Positions 1 to 10,441 of a stretch of DNA of 64,000 nt are shown here, piece after piece. The position numbers and the translations under genes were made by a program. Each line of letters starts with the position of its first letter. Positions within the stretch are counted from its first letter, which is position 1. The DNA is taken from assembly GCA_024711295.1 (NCBI GenBank), contig JANJTB010000031.1, positions 76,097 through 140,096 on the forward strand. The letters run 5' to 3'. The stretch comes from a bacterium (GTDB taxonomy: Bacteria > Bacteroidota > Ignavibacteria > Kapaibacteriales > UBA2268). The notes under the pieces are model-generated. The model did not search any database. It worked only from the letters and a program-made list of their open reading frames with translations, and was not told the DNA's origin.

Positions 1-49
1 TTTTATAAAAGTTATTTTTGTATTTTGTAATTATTCAATTTAAATTGTA

Positions 50-577
50 ATGAATTTAGTGAAGTTGTTATTAGTAGTATTTTTAATCATTCCCATTATT
101 TCATCTTGCGGCTACGATATAGATGAAAAATTACTTTTGGCAAGAAGTAATATTAATAAGGGATCATTCGAAACTGCCAGATATTATTTAGAAACTGTAA
201 TAAAGGAGGACAGCAGCAGGGGAGAAGCTTATCTTCTATTTGGAAAATTAGAGAATAAAGAGGAAAATTTCGAGGCTGCCATAAGTCACCTAAATAAAGT
301 AATTTCAGCCGATCCTACAAATCTAGAAGCATTCAAGGAGAGAGCATATTCTAATAGAAGACTTGGTCTTTATCAGAATGCTATCAAAGATTTGAGCAGA
401 TTACTGATTATTTATGACAAAGATGGTTCAATATTTTTTGAACGAGGGAATGTGTACTTTGATAACAATGAACTTGATAATGCTTGCCAGGATTGGAAAC
501 GCGCTTTTGAGCTTGGATATGGTGAAGCAGACAGAGTATACCAGAAATTTTGTGTAAAAGTAGAAATATCTGAATGA
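50..577 (+). CDS. TPR-repeat lipoprotein
   Basis: Signal peptide with lipobox ISSC; TPR-type repeats (AYLLFG, AFKERA, FFERG...ACQDWKRAFELG). Confidence 0.8.
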   Translation: MNLVKLLLVVFLIIPIISSCGYDIDEKLLLARSNINKGSFETARYYLETVIKEDSSRGEAYLLFGKLENKEENFEAAISHLNKVISADPTNLEAFKERAYSNRRLGLYQNAIKDLSRLLIIYDKDGSIFFERGNVYFDNNELDNACQDWKRAFELGYGEADRVYQKFCVKVEISE

Positions 578-637
578 GTTTTTAAATTATTATAATTATT
601 GTTTACTTTTGTAATATAAATTAAATTGATACAATCG

Positions 638-1918
638 ATGAATCTTGAAATAGAAAACATAAGACTTATTAATCCATATACAGATACTGATTCAATTGTA
701 AATATTATTATTCATAATGGAATAATACAACAAATTGGTCCTGATGTAAAGTTACCCAAATTATCTGATAAAATAAATGGTGAGGGTTTGGTTATCTCAC
801 CCGGGCTTATAGACATTCATGTGCATTTGAGAGAACCTGGTTATGAGTATAAAGAAACTATCAAAACTGGAACTGATTCTGCTGCAAACGGTGGCTTTAC
901 AGCAGTTGTTTGTATGCCAAATACTAACCCTGACATTGATAATATTGAAGTCATTAATTATATAAAAGAAAAAGCCCGTGGATTAGCTGTAGATGTATTA
1001 ATTTCAGCTGCAATAACTCAAAAAAGGAAAGGGCAAGAGCTGACCGATATGAATGAATTGCATCAACATGGTGTAGTTTTGTTTACTGATGACGGTGCAC
1101 CTGTTGATAGAGCTGATATAATGAGCTTTGCTTTCGAATATGCAAAAGAAAAAGATTTAATATTATCTCAACATTGCGAAGAAAGTAGTCTAACATCAAA
1201 TTTTGTGATGAATGAAAGTGTGGTTTCACAAAAGCTGGGTTTACCCGGATATCCTAATATTGCTGAAGAAATTACATTATTTAGAGATGTTAAATTGGCC
1301 GAACATCATGGCAACAGAAGATATCATGCACAACACCTAAGTACTGCAGGTGCTGTCGAGATAATTAGAAACGCTAAGAGTAAGGGCTTAAGAGTTACCT
1401 GCGAAGTTACACCACACCATTTCATTCTAGAAGATACTAACTTAGAGTCTTTAAGCTCTGATTACAAGATGAATCCGCCTTTAAGAAGAGGAAATGATAT
1501 TCAAAAAATCATTGAAGGGATAAAAGATGGTACTATTGATTGCATAGCTACTGACCACGCACCTCATTCTATTGAGGAAAAAAGCAGAGAACTTCACAAA
1601 ACTCCAAATGGCATAATTGGCCTGGAAACAGCTCTGGGGCTTTCGATGACATTCTTAGTGCATAAGGGTTTAATTAGCATAAATGATCTCATTAAACTTA
1701 TGTCTGTTAATCCAAGGAATATTCTTAACCTGGAACCAATCAATTTTGAAATCGGTGATAAGATAAATGCAACAATTTTTGACCCAAATGATGTATGGAC
1801 AGTTAATAAAGATTTGTTTAGGTCTAAATCTAGGAATACTCCATTTAATAATTATAAATTGAAGGGAAAACCCAAATATATCTTAAATAATAATAAATTA
1901 GTTAAGTGTGAGTTGTAG
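638..1918 (+). CDS. pyrC: Dihydroorotase (type I)
   Basis: DIHVHLREPG, AANGGFTAVVCMPNT, KMNPPLR and IATDHAPH motifs. ATG at 638 preferred over TTG at 626. Confidence 0.95.
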   Translation: MNLEIENIRLINPYTDTDSIVNIIIHNGIIQQIGPDVKLPKLSDKINGEGLVISPGLIDIHVHLREPGYEYKETIKTGTDSAANGGFTAVVCMPNTNPDIDNIEVINYIKEKARGLAVDVLISAAITQKRKGQELTDMNELHQHGVVLFTDDGAPVDRADIMSFAFEYAKEKDLILSQHCEESSLTSNFVMNESVVSQKLGLPGYPNIAEEITLFRDVKLAEHHGNRRYHAQHLSTAGAVEIIRNAKSKGLRVTCEVTPHHFILEDTNLESLSSDYKMNPPLRRGNDIQKIIEGIKDGTIDCIATDHAPHSIEEKSRELHKTPNGIIGLETALGLSMTFLVHKGLISINDLIKLMSVNPRNILNLEPINFEIGDKINATIFDPNDVWTVNKDLFRSKSRNTPFNNYKLKGKPKYILNNNKLVKCEL

Positions 1919-1930
1919 TAAGTATTAAGT

Positions 1931-2089
1931 ATGAGAAAGGAACTTGACAAATATAAAAATAATAAAATTGACAACAATGCAGAAAAGATTCAAATAAGGC
2001 AAGAGCAATTAAATATCATCGAAGATAAAATTAGATTAAATGATTCTAACGTGTTAAAGACATTGTTAAAATTAATAAAAGAAAAATAA
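1931..2089 (+). CDS. Small 52-aa hypothetical protein (not in ORF track)
   Basis: ATG at 1931 to TAA at 2089: MRKELDKYKNNKIDNNAEKIQIRQEQLNIIEDKIRLNDSNVLKTLLKLIKEK. Fills the gap between pyrC and the next gene. Confidence 0.45.
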   Translation: MRKELDKYKNNKIDNNAEKIQIRQEQLNIIEDKIRLNDSNVLKTLLKLIKEK

Positions 2090-2172
2090 ATAATTGCAAT
2101 ATAATCTATATTATGTAAACTAAAACAAATATTAAATTGACAAATTTTTCTAAATATATTAAGGTAAAGTTT

Positions 2173-2739
2173 ATGAAACTAACTAACAAAAATGTATTAT
2201 TCGCCATCGGGTTGGTAGTAATCGCTTCCCTATCCCGATTATTTCCTATACTGCCAAATTTTCAACCACTCTTAGCCATAGCAGTTTTTTCTGGAATTAT
2301 ATTTTCAAGCAATTCAAAAATATCTTACTTAGTTCCATTTGGTGCTATTTTAATAAGCGATATTATGTTGCACTTTTTTAGTGAGTTAACACTAGGTTAT
2401 TATGCAGGATTTCATAGTAGTATGTTCTCAGTATATCTCAGCTTAGCATTGATTGTATTTTTTAGCAAATCAATTAACAAAGAACTTAAGTATCTAAATA
2501 TACTTGGTACATCATTGTTATCAGCAATACTATTTTTCTTAATAACTAATTTTTCTTATTGGTTATTTGGTTTAGATATTATGAACATGCCTTATTCTAA
2601 GGATTTTAGTGGATTAATCAGATGCTATACTGAAGCTGTCCCATTCTTTAGATATACAGTTGGAAGTGTATTGCTTTATTCATTCATACTTTTCGGTGTA
2701 TATTTGCCAATAAATAAAACAATATTATCAAAAGCTTAG
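2173..2739 (+). CDS. DUF6580-type / ECF S-component-like membrane transport protein
   Basis: About 6 TM segments; SRLxPxxPNF(Q)P and FFLITNF..W...Y..xxxGL..CYxxAxPFF motifs. ATG at 2173 preferred over TTG at 2137. Confidence 0.7.
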   Translation: MKLTNKNVLFAIGLVVIASLSRLFPILPNFQPLLAIAVFSGIIFSSNSKISYLVPFGAILISDIMLHFFSELTLGYYAGFHSSMFSVYLSLALIVFFSKSINKELKYLNILGTSLLSAILFFLITNFSYWLFGLDIMNMPYSKDFSGLIRCYTEAVPFFRYTVGSVLLYSFILFGVYLPINKTILSKA

Positions 2740-2761
2740 TGATTCTGTAAAGATGTAATAT

Positions 2762-2791
2762 AAAAAAAGCCTGATTTATTCAGGCTTTTTT
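2762..2791. terminator. Bidirectional intrinsic terminator
   Basis: AAAAAAGCCTGA-TTTAT-TCAGGCTTTTTT between convergent genes. Confidence 0.85.
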
Positions 2792-2792
2792 A

Positions 2793-3263
2793 TTATTTTG
2801 TCATTTTACTACTGAATATTTTCAATCCTTTACTGACAGCACTTACCATTTTCGAAGCGTAACTGAATCCTGGTGAAACTTTAGAAATTGCAGTTTCAAT
2901 TACATGCTCTATTGGTTCAACTAGGTCTATAAATTTTCTTCCGGTAGATTCTATTGAATTAACTGAGCTTGTTATTTGATTACTCATTTTGTCGAAATGT
3001 TCGAGTGATTCAACTACTTTACCGTTAAGCACAGTTATCTCGTCAAGTGTTTCAGCAACTCTCTCCTTTATTTCAACCACAGCCCCAAGTGCAGTAACAG
3101 ATTTTTCTCTTAAAATTTTGAATTCACTAACAACTGAATCAAGTTTAGATTCAACATTATCAATAACAGTTCCTGCTTTATTTAATGTTGATATCATAAC
3201 AAAAATGAGAAAAATCAGAGCTATAAGAGCAATAATTCCAAGTATTTGTAATGTAAGAACCAT
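2793..3263 (-). CDS. DUF948/YtxG-like protein (N-terminal TM plus coiled coil)
   Basis: Single N-terminal TM helix and long heptad-like region; downstream of a YtxH-like gene. Confidence 0.6.
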   Translation of the reverse strand: MVLTLQILGIIALIALIFLIFVMISTLNKAGTVIDNVESKLDSVVSEFKILREKSVTALGAVVEIKERVAETLDEITVLNGKVVESLEHFDKMSNQITSSVNSIESTGRKFIDLVEPIEHVIETAISKVSPGFSYASKMVSAVSKGLKIFSSKMTK

Positions 3264-3290
3264 AATTACATTCCTTCATTATTATTAATC

Positions 3291-3318
3291 AGGGCTGTTT
3301 TTTCAAATACAGCCCTCT
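3291..3318 (-). terminator. Intergenic hairpin (terminator or mRNA-stabilising stem)
   Basis: AGGGCTGT-N12-ACAGCCCT between the ytxH-like and DUF948-like genes. Confidence 0.5.
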
Positions 3319-3338
3319 TAAAATCTAAAAAACTCAAG

Positions 3339-3752
3339 TTAAGAACCTAACTCTTCTTTAAATGCATCCGCACCTGCCTTTGCAGCATCTCTGATATTTT
3401 CAATCTTACTATGAAAGTTATCCTTAGTCTGTGATGCTTTTATTCTAGCATCTTTAAGCACATTCTCCGCATCATGCAAAATACCTTCAGCTTTATTGCG
3501 TGCATTATCAATTATTACTGAAGCTTTCGCCTTACCTTCATTCATAGTTCTACTAACTTCATTTTCAACTTCTTTGAAATAATCAGATGCTTTGCCATAC
3601 AAATCAATTGATGTATCTGCTATTTCTTTTCTTAATTCAGCACCTGTTTTAGGAGCTAATAGAAGGGCTGCTACAGCACCTGCCAAACCACCGGCAATTG
3701 CACCTATAATAAATCCCTTTGCGAAGTTTCCTTGTTCATTTGAATTCGACAT
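3339..3752 (-). CDS. YtxH domain protein
   Basis: FIIGAIAGGLAGAVAALLLAPKTGAELR motif. The start at 3752 is preceded by GGAGG. Confidence 0.85.
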   Translation of the reverse strand: MSNSNEQGNFAKGFIIGAIAGGLAGAVAALLLAPKTGAELRKEIADTSIDLYGKASDYFKEVENEVSRTMNEGKAKASVIIDNARNKAEGILHDAENVLKDARIKASQTKDNFHSKIENIRDAAKAGADAFKEELGS

Positions 3753-3764
3753 AATATCCTCCAT

Positions 3765-4292
3765 TTACCATTGTTCATGAATATTAATTGGCTTGTCTTG
3801 AGCTAAAAGAATTAATTCGCAAAATTCTCTTACTGCTCCGTTTCCGCCTTTATTTTTACATATATAATCTGAAATATTCTTAATAATTTTAACAGCATCT
3901 TTTGGGCATGCTGTTACACCAACAATTTTCATTATGTGTTCATCATTGACATCATCTCCGATAAACGCTATTTCATTCAAATCTAGTTTAGTTTTAGATG
4001 CGATCAATTTAATTGAGCTCGATTTATCCTTCTCACCCAATACAACGTGCTCAATATTGAGTTTTTTTGCTCTTGCAGTAACAATTGCAGAGTTTTCACT
4101 AGTGATAATACCTGTAGAAATTCCTGATTTCTGTAGTAAAGTAATTCCCATACCATCCCTTGTAGAAAATCTCTTCAGCTCTTCCCCATCTTTAGAAAAA
4201 TACATAGCTGAATCAGTCAAAGTGCCATCAACGTCCATAACTAACATTTTGACTTTTTGTAACTTGATTTTCAATTCTGAGCTTTTTGTCAC
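3765..4292 (-). CDS. kdsC: KDO-8-phosphate phosphatase (HAD, YrbI family)
   Basis: DVDGTLTD, RDGMGI, IGDDVND and GGNGAVRE motifs; GTG start. Confidence 0.9.
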   Translation of the reverse strand: MTKSSELKIKLQKVKMLVMDVDGTLTDSAMYFSKDGEELKRFSTRDGMGITLLQKSGISTGIITSENSAIVTARAKKLNIEHVVLGEKDKSSSIKLIASKTKLDLNEIAFIGDDVNDEHIMKIVGVTACPKDAVKIIKNISDYICKNKGGNGAVREFCELILLAQDKPINIHEQW

Positions 4293-4372
4293 GAATATGC
4301 CGTTTATTTGTTACTTTTGTAAATTCATACGTAAATAATAATGTTTATGTTTCAAAATTATTGGATATATAT

Positions 4373-5224
4373 TTGAAAACTGATTATTTTATCGTCAAAA
4401 TCGCGATTAATGAAGAATACCAGGATTTAGCGATGTCTGTTCTTATGGATTATGATTTTGCCGGAGTAGAACAAAATTATGATGAACTTATCGTGAGTTT
4501 CACGACTGAAAGTTACTGTAATATAAATATTGATGAACTAATAGCAGAAATTAAAGAAATTCTACCTGAAACGCAACTTAATTCTGTAGAAAAGATCTCT
4601 GATAGAAACTGGAATGAAGAATGGGAAAAACATGTACAACCAGTTATAGTTTCCGAACAAATCGCCATCACACCTACCCACCACAGTGATAATATTGATG
4701 CTCAAATAAAAATAATAATTGATCCTAAGATGTCTTTTGGAACCGGTCACCATAATACAACAAGACTCATGTGTAAATTAATGGAAAAAATTAATTTTAA
4801 GGATAAAAAATGGATTGATGTTGGTACCGGAACTGGCGTTTTAGCCATTCTTGCTGCAAAATTAGGTGCTGAATACATTTATGCATTTGATAATAACGAG
4901 TGGTCTGTTGAAAATGCTGTCGAAAACATTGAGAAAAATGCTGTTTCAGATAAAATCAAGATAGAACTTGAAGATATTGAAAATGTTGAATTTGATGATT
5001 ATGATGGCGTAGCTGCTAACATCTTTTTAAACTTAGTTATACCTTCTTTGAAAAAATTTAAGATGGGAATTCTGAAGAGAAATGGTGATTTACTGATTTC
5101 AGGCATTATGATTTATGACGAACAACAAGTAATTGATGAAGCAACAAAAGCAGGTTTAGTTTTAGCTGATAAGATTTATGAGGATGAATGGGTAGCATTT
5201 CATTTCAGGATTAAGGATAATTAA
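4373..5224 (+). CDS. prmA: Ribosomal protein L11 methyltransferase
   Basis: NWNEEW, IDPKMSFGTGHHNTT, DVGTGTGVLAI and ANI motifs. In-frame TTG at 4373 preferred because it lies downstream of promoter motif TACTTTTG at 4312-4319. Confidence 0.92.
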   Translation: MKTDYFIVKIAINEEYQDLAMSVLMDYDFAGVEQNYDELIVSFTTESYCNINIDELIAEIKEILPETQLNSVEKISDRNWNEEWEKHVQPVIVSEQIAITPTHHSDNIDAQIKIIIDPKMSFGTGHHNTTRLMCKLMEKINFKDKKWIDVGTGTGVLAILAAKLGAEYIYAFDNNEWSVENAVENIEKNAVSDKIKIELEDIENVEFDDYDGVAANIFLNLVIPSLKKFKMGILKRNGDLLISGIMIYDEQQVIDEATKAGLVLADKIYEDEWVAFHFRIKDN

Positions 5225-6138
5225 TGAAAAGAATTGCTTCTATTGATATTGGAACTAATACATTTCTGCTTTTGATTGCAGAAGCTAAGCCAAACAATGA
5301 ATTAATTGTGTTATATGAAGCCATAGAAATTGCCCGACTAGGTGAAAATGTCGATAAAATTGGTAAGATATCAGATTTAGCAGTTGAACGGGCAAATTCA
5401 ATCCTCAAAGATTATGTAAATATATGCAACAAATTTGATGTCAATTTGATTCTTCCTGTTGGTACATCAGCTTTGAGAGATGCAACAAATTCTTGTGATG
5501 TAGCATCAACTTTTAGTAACACAATTGGATTTCCAATTAATATTATAAGTGGAGAAAAAGAAGCTGAGCTGAGCTATCTAGGGACAGTTGAAAATGAAAA
5601 TTCCAATATTGTTATTGATATTGGTGGCGGTAGTTCCGAAGTAATTATAGGCAATAAAAAGGGTATATTATATAAAAAAAGCTTGCAGATAGGTGCTGTT
5701 CGATTAACTGAAAGATATTTTAAACAAACTCACCCACCTTCAGTTAATTCAATAACTTTAGCAAAAAAAGATATATTAAAACAACTAAGTGACTTTAAAT
5801 CAATAGAAGATATTGATACTACCTATGCCGTAGCCGGAACAGCAACCACTCTTGCAACAACTTTACTTGATTTAGACGATTTTGAAGTAGAAAGAATAAA
5901 TGGTCTAGAAATTTCTTTTGAGCAAATCGAATCTTTGTTTACAATGTATTATGAGTCATCAATTCAAGAGATTATTTCAAAATTTAAAGTTCACCCCAAA
6001 AGAGCTGACTTAATATTGGCTGGTACTTTAATAATGAAAACTATCATGGAACAATTAGCACTCAGTAAAATAAAAGTCAGCACCAGAGGGCTTAGATACG
6101 GAATATTGATTGACTACATTCAAAAAAGTTTAAACTAA
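5224..6138 (+). CDS. ppx: Ppx/GppA phosphatase family protein
   Basis: IDIGTNT, GTSALRDA, ISGEKEA, DIGGGSSE, RADLI and GLRYG motifs. Confidence 0.9.
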   Translation: MKRIASIDIGTNTFLLLIAEAKPNNELIVLYEAIEIARLGENVDKIGKISDLAVERANSILKDYVNICNKFDVNLILPVGTSALRDATNSCDVASTFSNTIGFPINIISGEKEAELSYLGTVENENSNIVIDIGGGSSEVIIGNKKGILYKKSLQIGAVRLTERYFKQTHPPSVNSITLAKKDILKQLSDFKSIEDIDTTYAVAGTATTLATTLLDLDDFEVERINGLEISFEQIESLFTMYYESSIQEIISKFKVHPKRADLILAGTLIMKTIMEQLALSKIKVSTRGLRYGILIDYIQKSLN

Positions 6139-6220
6139 ATTTTGTATATGAGCAAAAAACACACTATTTTTGTATCTTTTGTAATTTTATTAAACAATTT
6201 TTCTTTATCGGAGTATTTTT

Positions 6221-6925
6221 ATGAAATCATTTTATCAAAGCTCATTAGTTGCGTTGATAATGGTATTTGTTCTTTTGAGCTGTCAACCAGAGAAAAAAGA
6301 ATCAAAGTTTTTGAGTGAAATAGTAACAAAACAAAATGTTACTTCAATTTTTAAGCAGTTAAGAGATGATAAAGATTTTACCACTCAGGATTACCAATAC
6401 CTTACTAATGGTATGACACGCCTTGTTACAATGAGTATTGACTCATTATTGGGAAAATCAGTTGGAGAAATCATCAAACTTCAACAGAACTTCGAAAGAG
6501 ATCAAACTGCTGCAACGGCTGCTAATCAGGCTACAAAAGTTGAATTGGTAATGAACCACGATTTTAAGTATCTTGGCTTAAAACCTGAACTTATTGCTGA
6601 AACACAAAAAGATGTTGACTTTTTGTACTACGAAGTAACAAATAAATCAGATAAAGAAATATCAAATTTGCAGGGTGTTTTGCAATTTATGGACACTCAA
6701 AATAATATAGTTAAAATTTATCCAATAGTTTTATCGAACATAATCAAAGATGGTGTTATTAAGCCAGGTGAAATGAAAAGATTTATGCATCCTTTCGACC
6801 ATGATGCAGCAAATGTAAGAGACCAACAAATTAGAAATGATCACAGAAACTTGAGACCAATATGGATTTGTACTATGATTGAATTCAAAGATGGTTCAAA
6901 AATAAGTGTGACAAACACTCTATAA
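6221..6925 (+). CDS. Hypothetical lipoprotein
   Basis: Lipobox LLSC and GGAG upstream; no family recognised. Confidence 0.7.
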   Translation: MKSFYQSSLVALIMVFVLLSCQPEKKESKFLSEIVTKQNVTSIFKQLRDDKDFTTQDYQYLTNGMTRLVTMSIDSLLGKSVGEIIKLQQNFERDQTAATAANQATKVELVMNHDFKYLGLKPELIAETQKDVDFLYYEVTNKSDKEISNLQGVLQFMDTQNNIVKIYPIVLSNIIKDGVIKPGEMKRFMHPFDHDAANVRDQQIRNDHRNLRPIWICTMIEFKDGSKISVTNTL

Positions 6926-6956
6926 ATTTTTATACTTATTTTTTACTTTATTCCCT

Positions 6957-6986
6957 TAAGGATTGGTTCCATAAAACCAATCCTTA
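6957..6986. terminator. Intrinsic terminator hairpin between convergent genes
   Basis: TAAGGATTGGTT-CCATAA-AACCAATCCTTA followed by a T-run. Confidence 0.7.
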
Positions 6987-7364
6987 TTTTTTTGCTTTAT
7001 GATTGATTATTCCATATATTAAATAAAGAAAGCCCGGAAATGCAAAAACTAAAAATGCCCAACCTCTTGGGAATTGAGCTTGTAAAACATAGTGAAATAT
7101 ATAGAAAAGAGCTAAACCGGCAACTGACAAAATTCCGCCCCAAAGCTCTTTCTTGAATGCTAAAATGTAACCTGACAAAAGCATTAAAGGAAAAAATATT
7201 GATAAAATAAGTTCATTCATTGTAAATTTAAATGGATTAAAACCCTCACCTACCATGAATAACAATACAACGAACAGGGTTATAATAGATAATGAACGAG
7301 CAATCCACAAAGTCAACTTGTTTATTGAGCTTCCAAGGTTTTCTTTTTTTGTATTTTTTTTCAT
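6984..7364 (-). CDS. Small 4-TM membrane protein
   Basis: Four hydrophobic segments; WIAR and ELWGG motifs. Confidence 0.7.
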   Translation of the reverse strand: MKKNTKKENLGSSINKLTLWIARSLSIITLFVVLLFMVGEGFNPFKFTMNELILSIFFPLMLLSGYILAFKKELWGGILSVAGLALFYIFHYVLQAQFPRGWAFLVFAFPGFLYLIYGIINHKAKK

Positions 7365-7377
7365 AATACACCTTCAG

Positions 7378-8409
7378 TTATTTTATTTTCTCTTCCAATA
7401 CTTTGGCTATGTTCTGTAGTCTTGATTTAAAGTCAAAATTATCTTCATGTTTGACATCATTATCAATTAGAGTTACATCAAGAGGATTATACTCTGATAT
7501 GTGATCATTTTCATCAATTTCTGATGATTCAGTAGTGCCTTGGTAATTTAAATCAGACCTTAAATAACTTTCTTCTTGTTCTAAGTCACTTACGTCAACT
7601 TCATAATCCAATTCATCAAACTCAATCACGTTAGGTTTTAACTCATGGAATTCATCATTAGATATTTGTTCGATGACAAAAGATAAGTCATCGATAGTAA
7701 AGTTATTTACAGGCTGCTTTAAGTTTGATAATGCGGACACGATATTATATAATTTCAAATCATCATAAATAAGCATTAAAGAAGGAATCTTTAGATTTGA
7801 AAGATTAAATTCTTCTAGGAAAATGAATAAATCACTACATAAATTTTTATGATAAATTATATTATCAAACTCATTGTTTAACAATTCATATAATTGATTA
7901 CTAACATAAGGTTTGGTGACATAATTGTATTTGGAACTGTTTGAATTGATTATATCTACTAATTTATCCAGTGCCTTTCCGATAGCTGAATTGCTTTTGA
8001 CCAATTCAGACTTTAACAAAAACTCTTGGTTTGATATTGTGTATGAATCCGAAAATACTTGTGATAAGAAAGTTGAAACCGGCTTTAATGCGAAATTAAA
8101 TCTGAGTTCAACAATATTTGAAATCAATTTTTCGACATACCGATTATCTAAGTTGACGTAATCAAAAAATATGTTATGTAATTTTTTAATAAAGATTTCG
8201 CTATGAAATGAATCCTTATCAATAAATTCAAGATTTTCTATACTTAAAATAAATTTAAAATTTGAGAATGCTGCATCTGCTTTAATTAAATCGGAATAAC
8301 TTGATTCAGTATCAAGCAAGTTTACTAATTTAGAGTAAGAATATTTGGTTTGATTGTCAAGTTTTGCAGTTAACCTATTTATTTCAATGCTTAATTCTTC
8401 TTCGAACAT
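7378..8409 (-). CDS. Hypothetical protein with acidic C-terminal region
   Basis: 343-aa ORF downstream of radA; no family recognised. Confidence 0.65.
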   Translation of the reverse strand: MFEEELSIEINRLTAKLDNQTKYSYSKLVNLLDTESSYSDLIKADAAFSNFKFILSIENLEFIDKDSFHSEIFIKKLHNIFFDYVNLDNRYVEKLISNIVELRFNFALKPVSTFLSQVFSDSYTISNQEFLLKSELVKSNSAIGKALDKLVDIINSNSSKYNYVTKPYVSNQLYELLNNEFDNIIYHKNLCSDLFIFLEEFNLSNLKIPSLMLIYDDLKLYNIVSALSNLKQPVNNFTIDDLSFVIEQISNDEFHELKPNVIEFDELDYEVDVSDLEQEESYLRSDLNYQGTTESSEIDENDHISEYNPLDVTLIDNDVKHEDNFDFKSRLQNIAKVLEEKIK

Positions 8410-8489
8410 TTTTAATTCTACTTATTGTTGAAAAATAAATTACTAAATTATCAAATTTTTAACAAGTTAAAAAATATTTTTTTTAATCA

Positions 8490-9836
8490 TCAGAAAATAT
8501 GTGAAAAGACTTGAGAAATTTTATCTACAGGATAAAGTTCGATTTCAAACTTGCGCTTAATTTTTTCGAAATTGAGCCTTGGCAGAAATAGTCTTTTAAA
8601 ACCAAGTTTCTCAGCTTCAGAAATTCTTTGCTCTATTCCAGCAACTGATCTAACCTCACCTGTAAGTCCAATTTCACCAATAAGCACAATTTTGTGATCT
8701 ATAGGTTCGTCCCGAAATGAACTGACAATAGCTGCAGCAATACCGAGGTCAACGGAGATATCATTCAGCGACATTCCTCCTGCTACATTCACAAAAACAT
8801 CATTTTGCCTAAATATAAGTCCTAGTTTCTTTTCTAATACTGCCAAAATCATTTGTAACCTTTTATAATCAAATCCATTGGAAGTTCTTTGAGGTACATT
8901 ATAACCAGTAGGAGAAACCAGTGATTGTACCTCAAGTAAAAGTGGACGAGTGCCTTCGGTTGCTGATACTACAGCAATCCCTGACTCGTCAGTATTTCGT
9001 CGAGCCAGAAAAATTTCAGATGGGTTAATTACTTCCTCTAACCCATCTTCATTCATCTCAAATATTCCAATTTCATTGGTTGATCCAAATCTGTTTTTTA
9101 TTGAACGTAAAATTCTAAAAGCATAGTTCTTTTCACCTTCGAACTGTAACACAGTATCAACAGTATGTTCCAAAATCTTAGGACCTGCAATCATTCCGTC
9201 TTTGGTGACGTGTCCAACAATAAAAATAGCTTTTCCTGTTTGCTTAGATAGATTCATAAAACTGTTTGCGCATTCTCTAACCTGTGAAACGCTCCCGGGC
9301 GTTGAATCAACACTTGGTGAATATACAGATTGTATTGAATCAATAATTATTATATCAGAATTGCTTTTAAGAATAGCATTCGTTATGTTATCTAAATTAA
9401 CTTCACTCATTAATAATAAATCTTCTGGTATATTCTTTAACCTGGCTGAACGATACTTAATTTGTTTTAATGATTCTTCGCCAGTTATATAAAGGGGCTT
9501 ATAATTTTTTAAACCAGCGCACATCTGAAGCATTAATGTTGATTTTCCAATACCCGGGTCACCACCCACGAGTATTAATGCTCCTGGAATAATTCCACCA
9601 CCTAAAACTCTATCAAACTCATTAATCCCTGTGCCTATTCTAAAATCACTTTCAGTTGATATGTCAGAAAGTTGCATGATCTGATATTCTGTTTTTTGGC
9701 TTGGCATTTTAACTCTGCCTTGTGATAAAGCAAGCTCTGAAATTGAATTCCAGGCACCACAATCTGAGCATTTGCCAGACCATTTTGGAAAAATTGCACC
9801 ACAATTGTTACATTCGAATTGAATTTTATTTTTCAA
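8490..9836 (-). CDS. radA: DNA repair protein RadA/Sms
   Basis: C4 zinc finger, GDPGIGKST Walker A, KNRFG motif and Lon-like C-terminal domain. Confidence 0.97.
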   Translation of the reverse strand: MKNKIQFECNNCGAIFPKWSGKCSDCGAWNSISELALSQGRVKMPSQKTEYQIMQLSDISTESDFRIGTGINEFDRVLGGGIIPGALILVGGDPGIGKSTLMLQMCAGLKNYKPLYITGEESLKQIKYRSARLKNIPEDLLLMSEVNLDNITNAILKSNSDIIIIDSIQSVYSPSVDSTPGSVSQVRECANSFMNLSKQTGKAIFIVGHVTKDGMIAGPKILEHTVDTVLQFEGEKNYAFRILRSIKNRFGSTNEIGIFEMNEDGLEEVINPSEIFLARRNTDESGIAVVSATEGTRPLLLEVQSLVSPTGYNVPQRTSNGFDYKRLQMILAVLEKKLGLIFRQNDVFVNVAGGMSLNDISVDLGIAAAIVSSFRDEPIDHKIVLIGEIGLTGEVRSVAGIEQRISEAEKLGFKRLFLPRLNFEKIKRKFEIELYPVDKISQVFSHIF

Positions 9837-9927
9837 ATTTTTTCTTTGGGAATTTTAGTTCATAATTATTACAAATATAATCGTTAATTACTTTTGTATT
9901 ACACATAATTTTTAAAAAGAGGTAAAT

Positions 9928-10428
9928 ATGTATCACAAAGTTGAAGAATTTTTGCAAGATTGGCAAATGGAGTCAGAAAGCACCATAAAAGTATTCAAAG
10001 AATTAACAGAAAATTCACTAGGAGTTCAAGTATATAGCGAAGGCAGGAGTCTTGGTTTTATTGCTTGGCACATAGCAAATACAATCGGTGAAATGACAAG
10101 CAAATGCGGACTTGACGTAACTCATTCAGAAGAAATTAATGATGAGCCAAAAAATGTTGGTCAAATCATTAACGAATATGAAAAACAATCTAATCAGTTA
10201 ATTAAATCAATTAGAGAAAAATGGACAGATGATATGCTTTTTGAAGAAATTGAGTTATATGGAATGAAGATAACAAGAAATATGGCATTAGTAATGCTTG
10301 TTAAGCACGAGATTCATCATAGAGCTCAAATGACTGTCTTAATGAGACAAGCTGGATTAAAGGTGCCAGGTGTTTATGGACCTTCTAAAGAAGAGTGGTC
10401 TGCTATGGGTGTTACAGCATTAAAATAA
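9928..10428 (+). CDS. DinB family protein
   Basis: RSLGFIAWHI and HEIHHRAQMTVLMRQAGLKVPGVYGP motifs; GAGG RBS. Confidence 0.9.
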   Translation: MYHKVEEFLQDWQMESESTIKVFKELTENSLGVQVYSEGRSLGFIAWHIANTIGEMTSKCGLDVTHSEEINDEPKNVGQIINEYEKQSNQLIKSIREKWTDDMLFEEIELYGMKITRNMALVMLVKHEIHHRAQMTVLMRQAGLKVPGVYGPSKEEWSAMGVTALK

Positions 10429-10441
10429 CCACACCTTAATA

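Noticed and set aside
1919-2172. Cobalamin or other riboswitch upstream of the S-component-like gene
   Set aside because: The region is extremely AT-rich with no B12-box or stable stems, and is mostly occupied by a small ORF.
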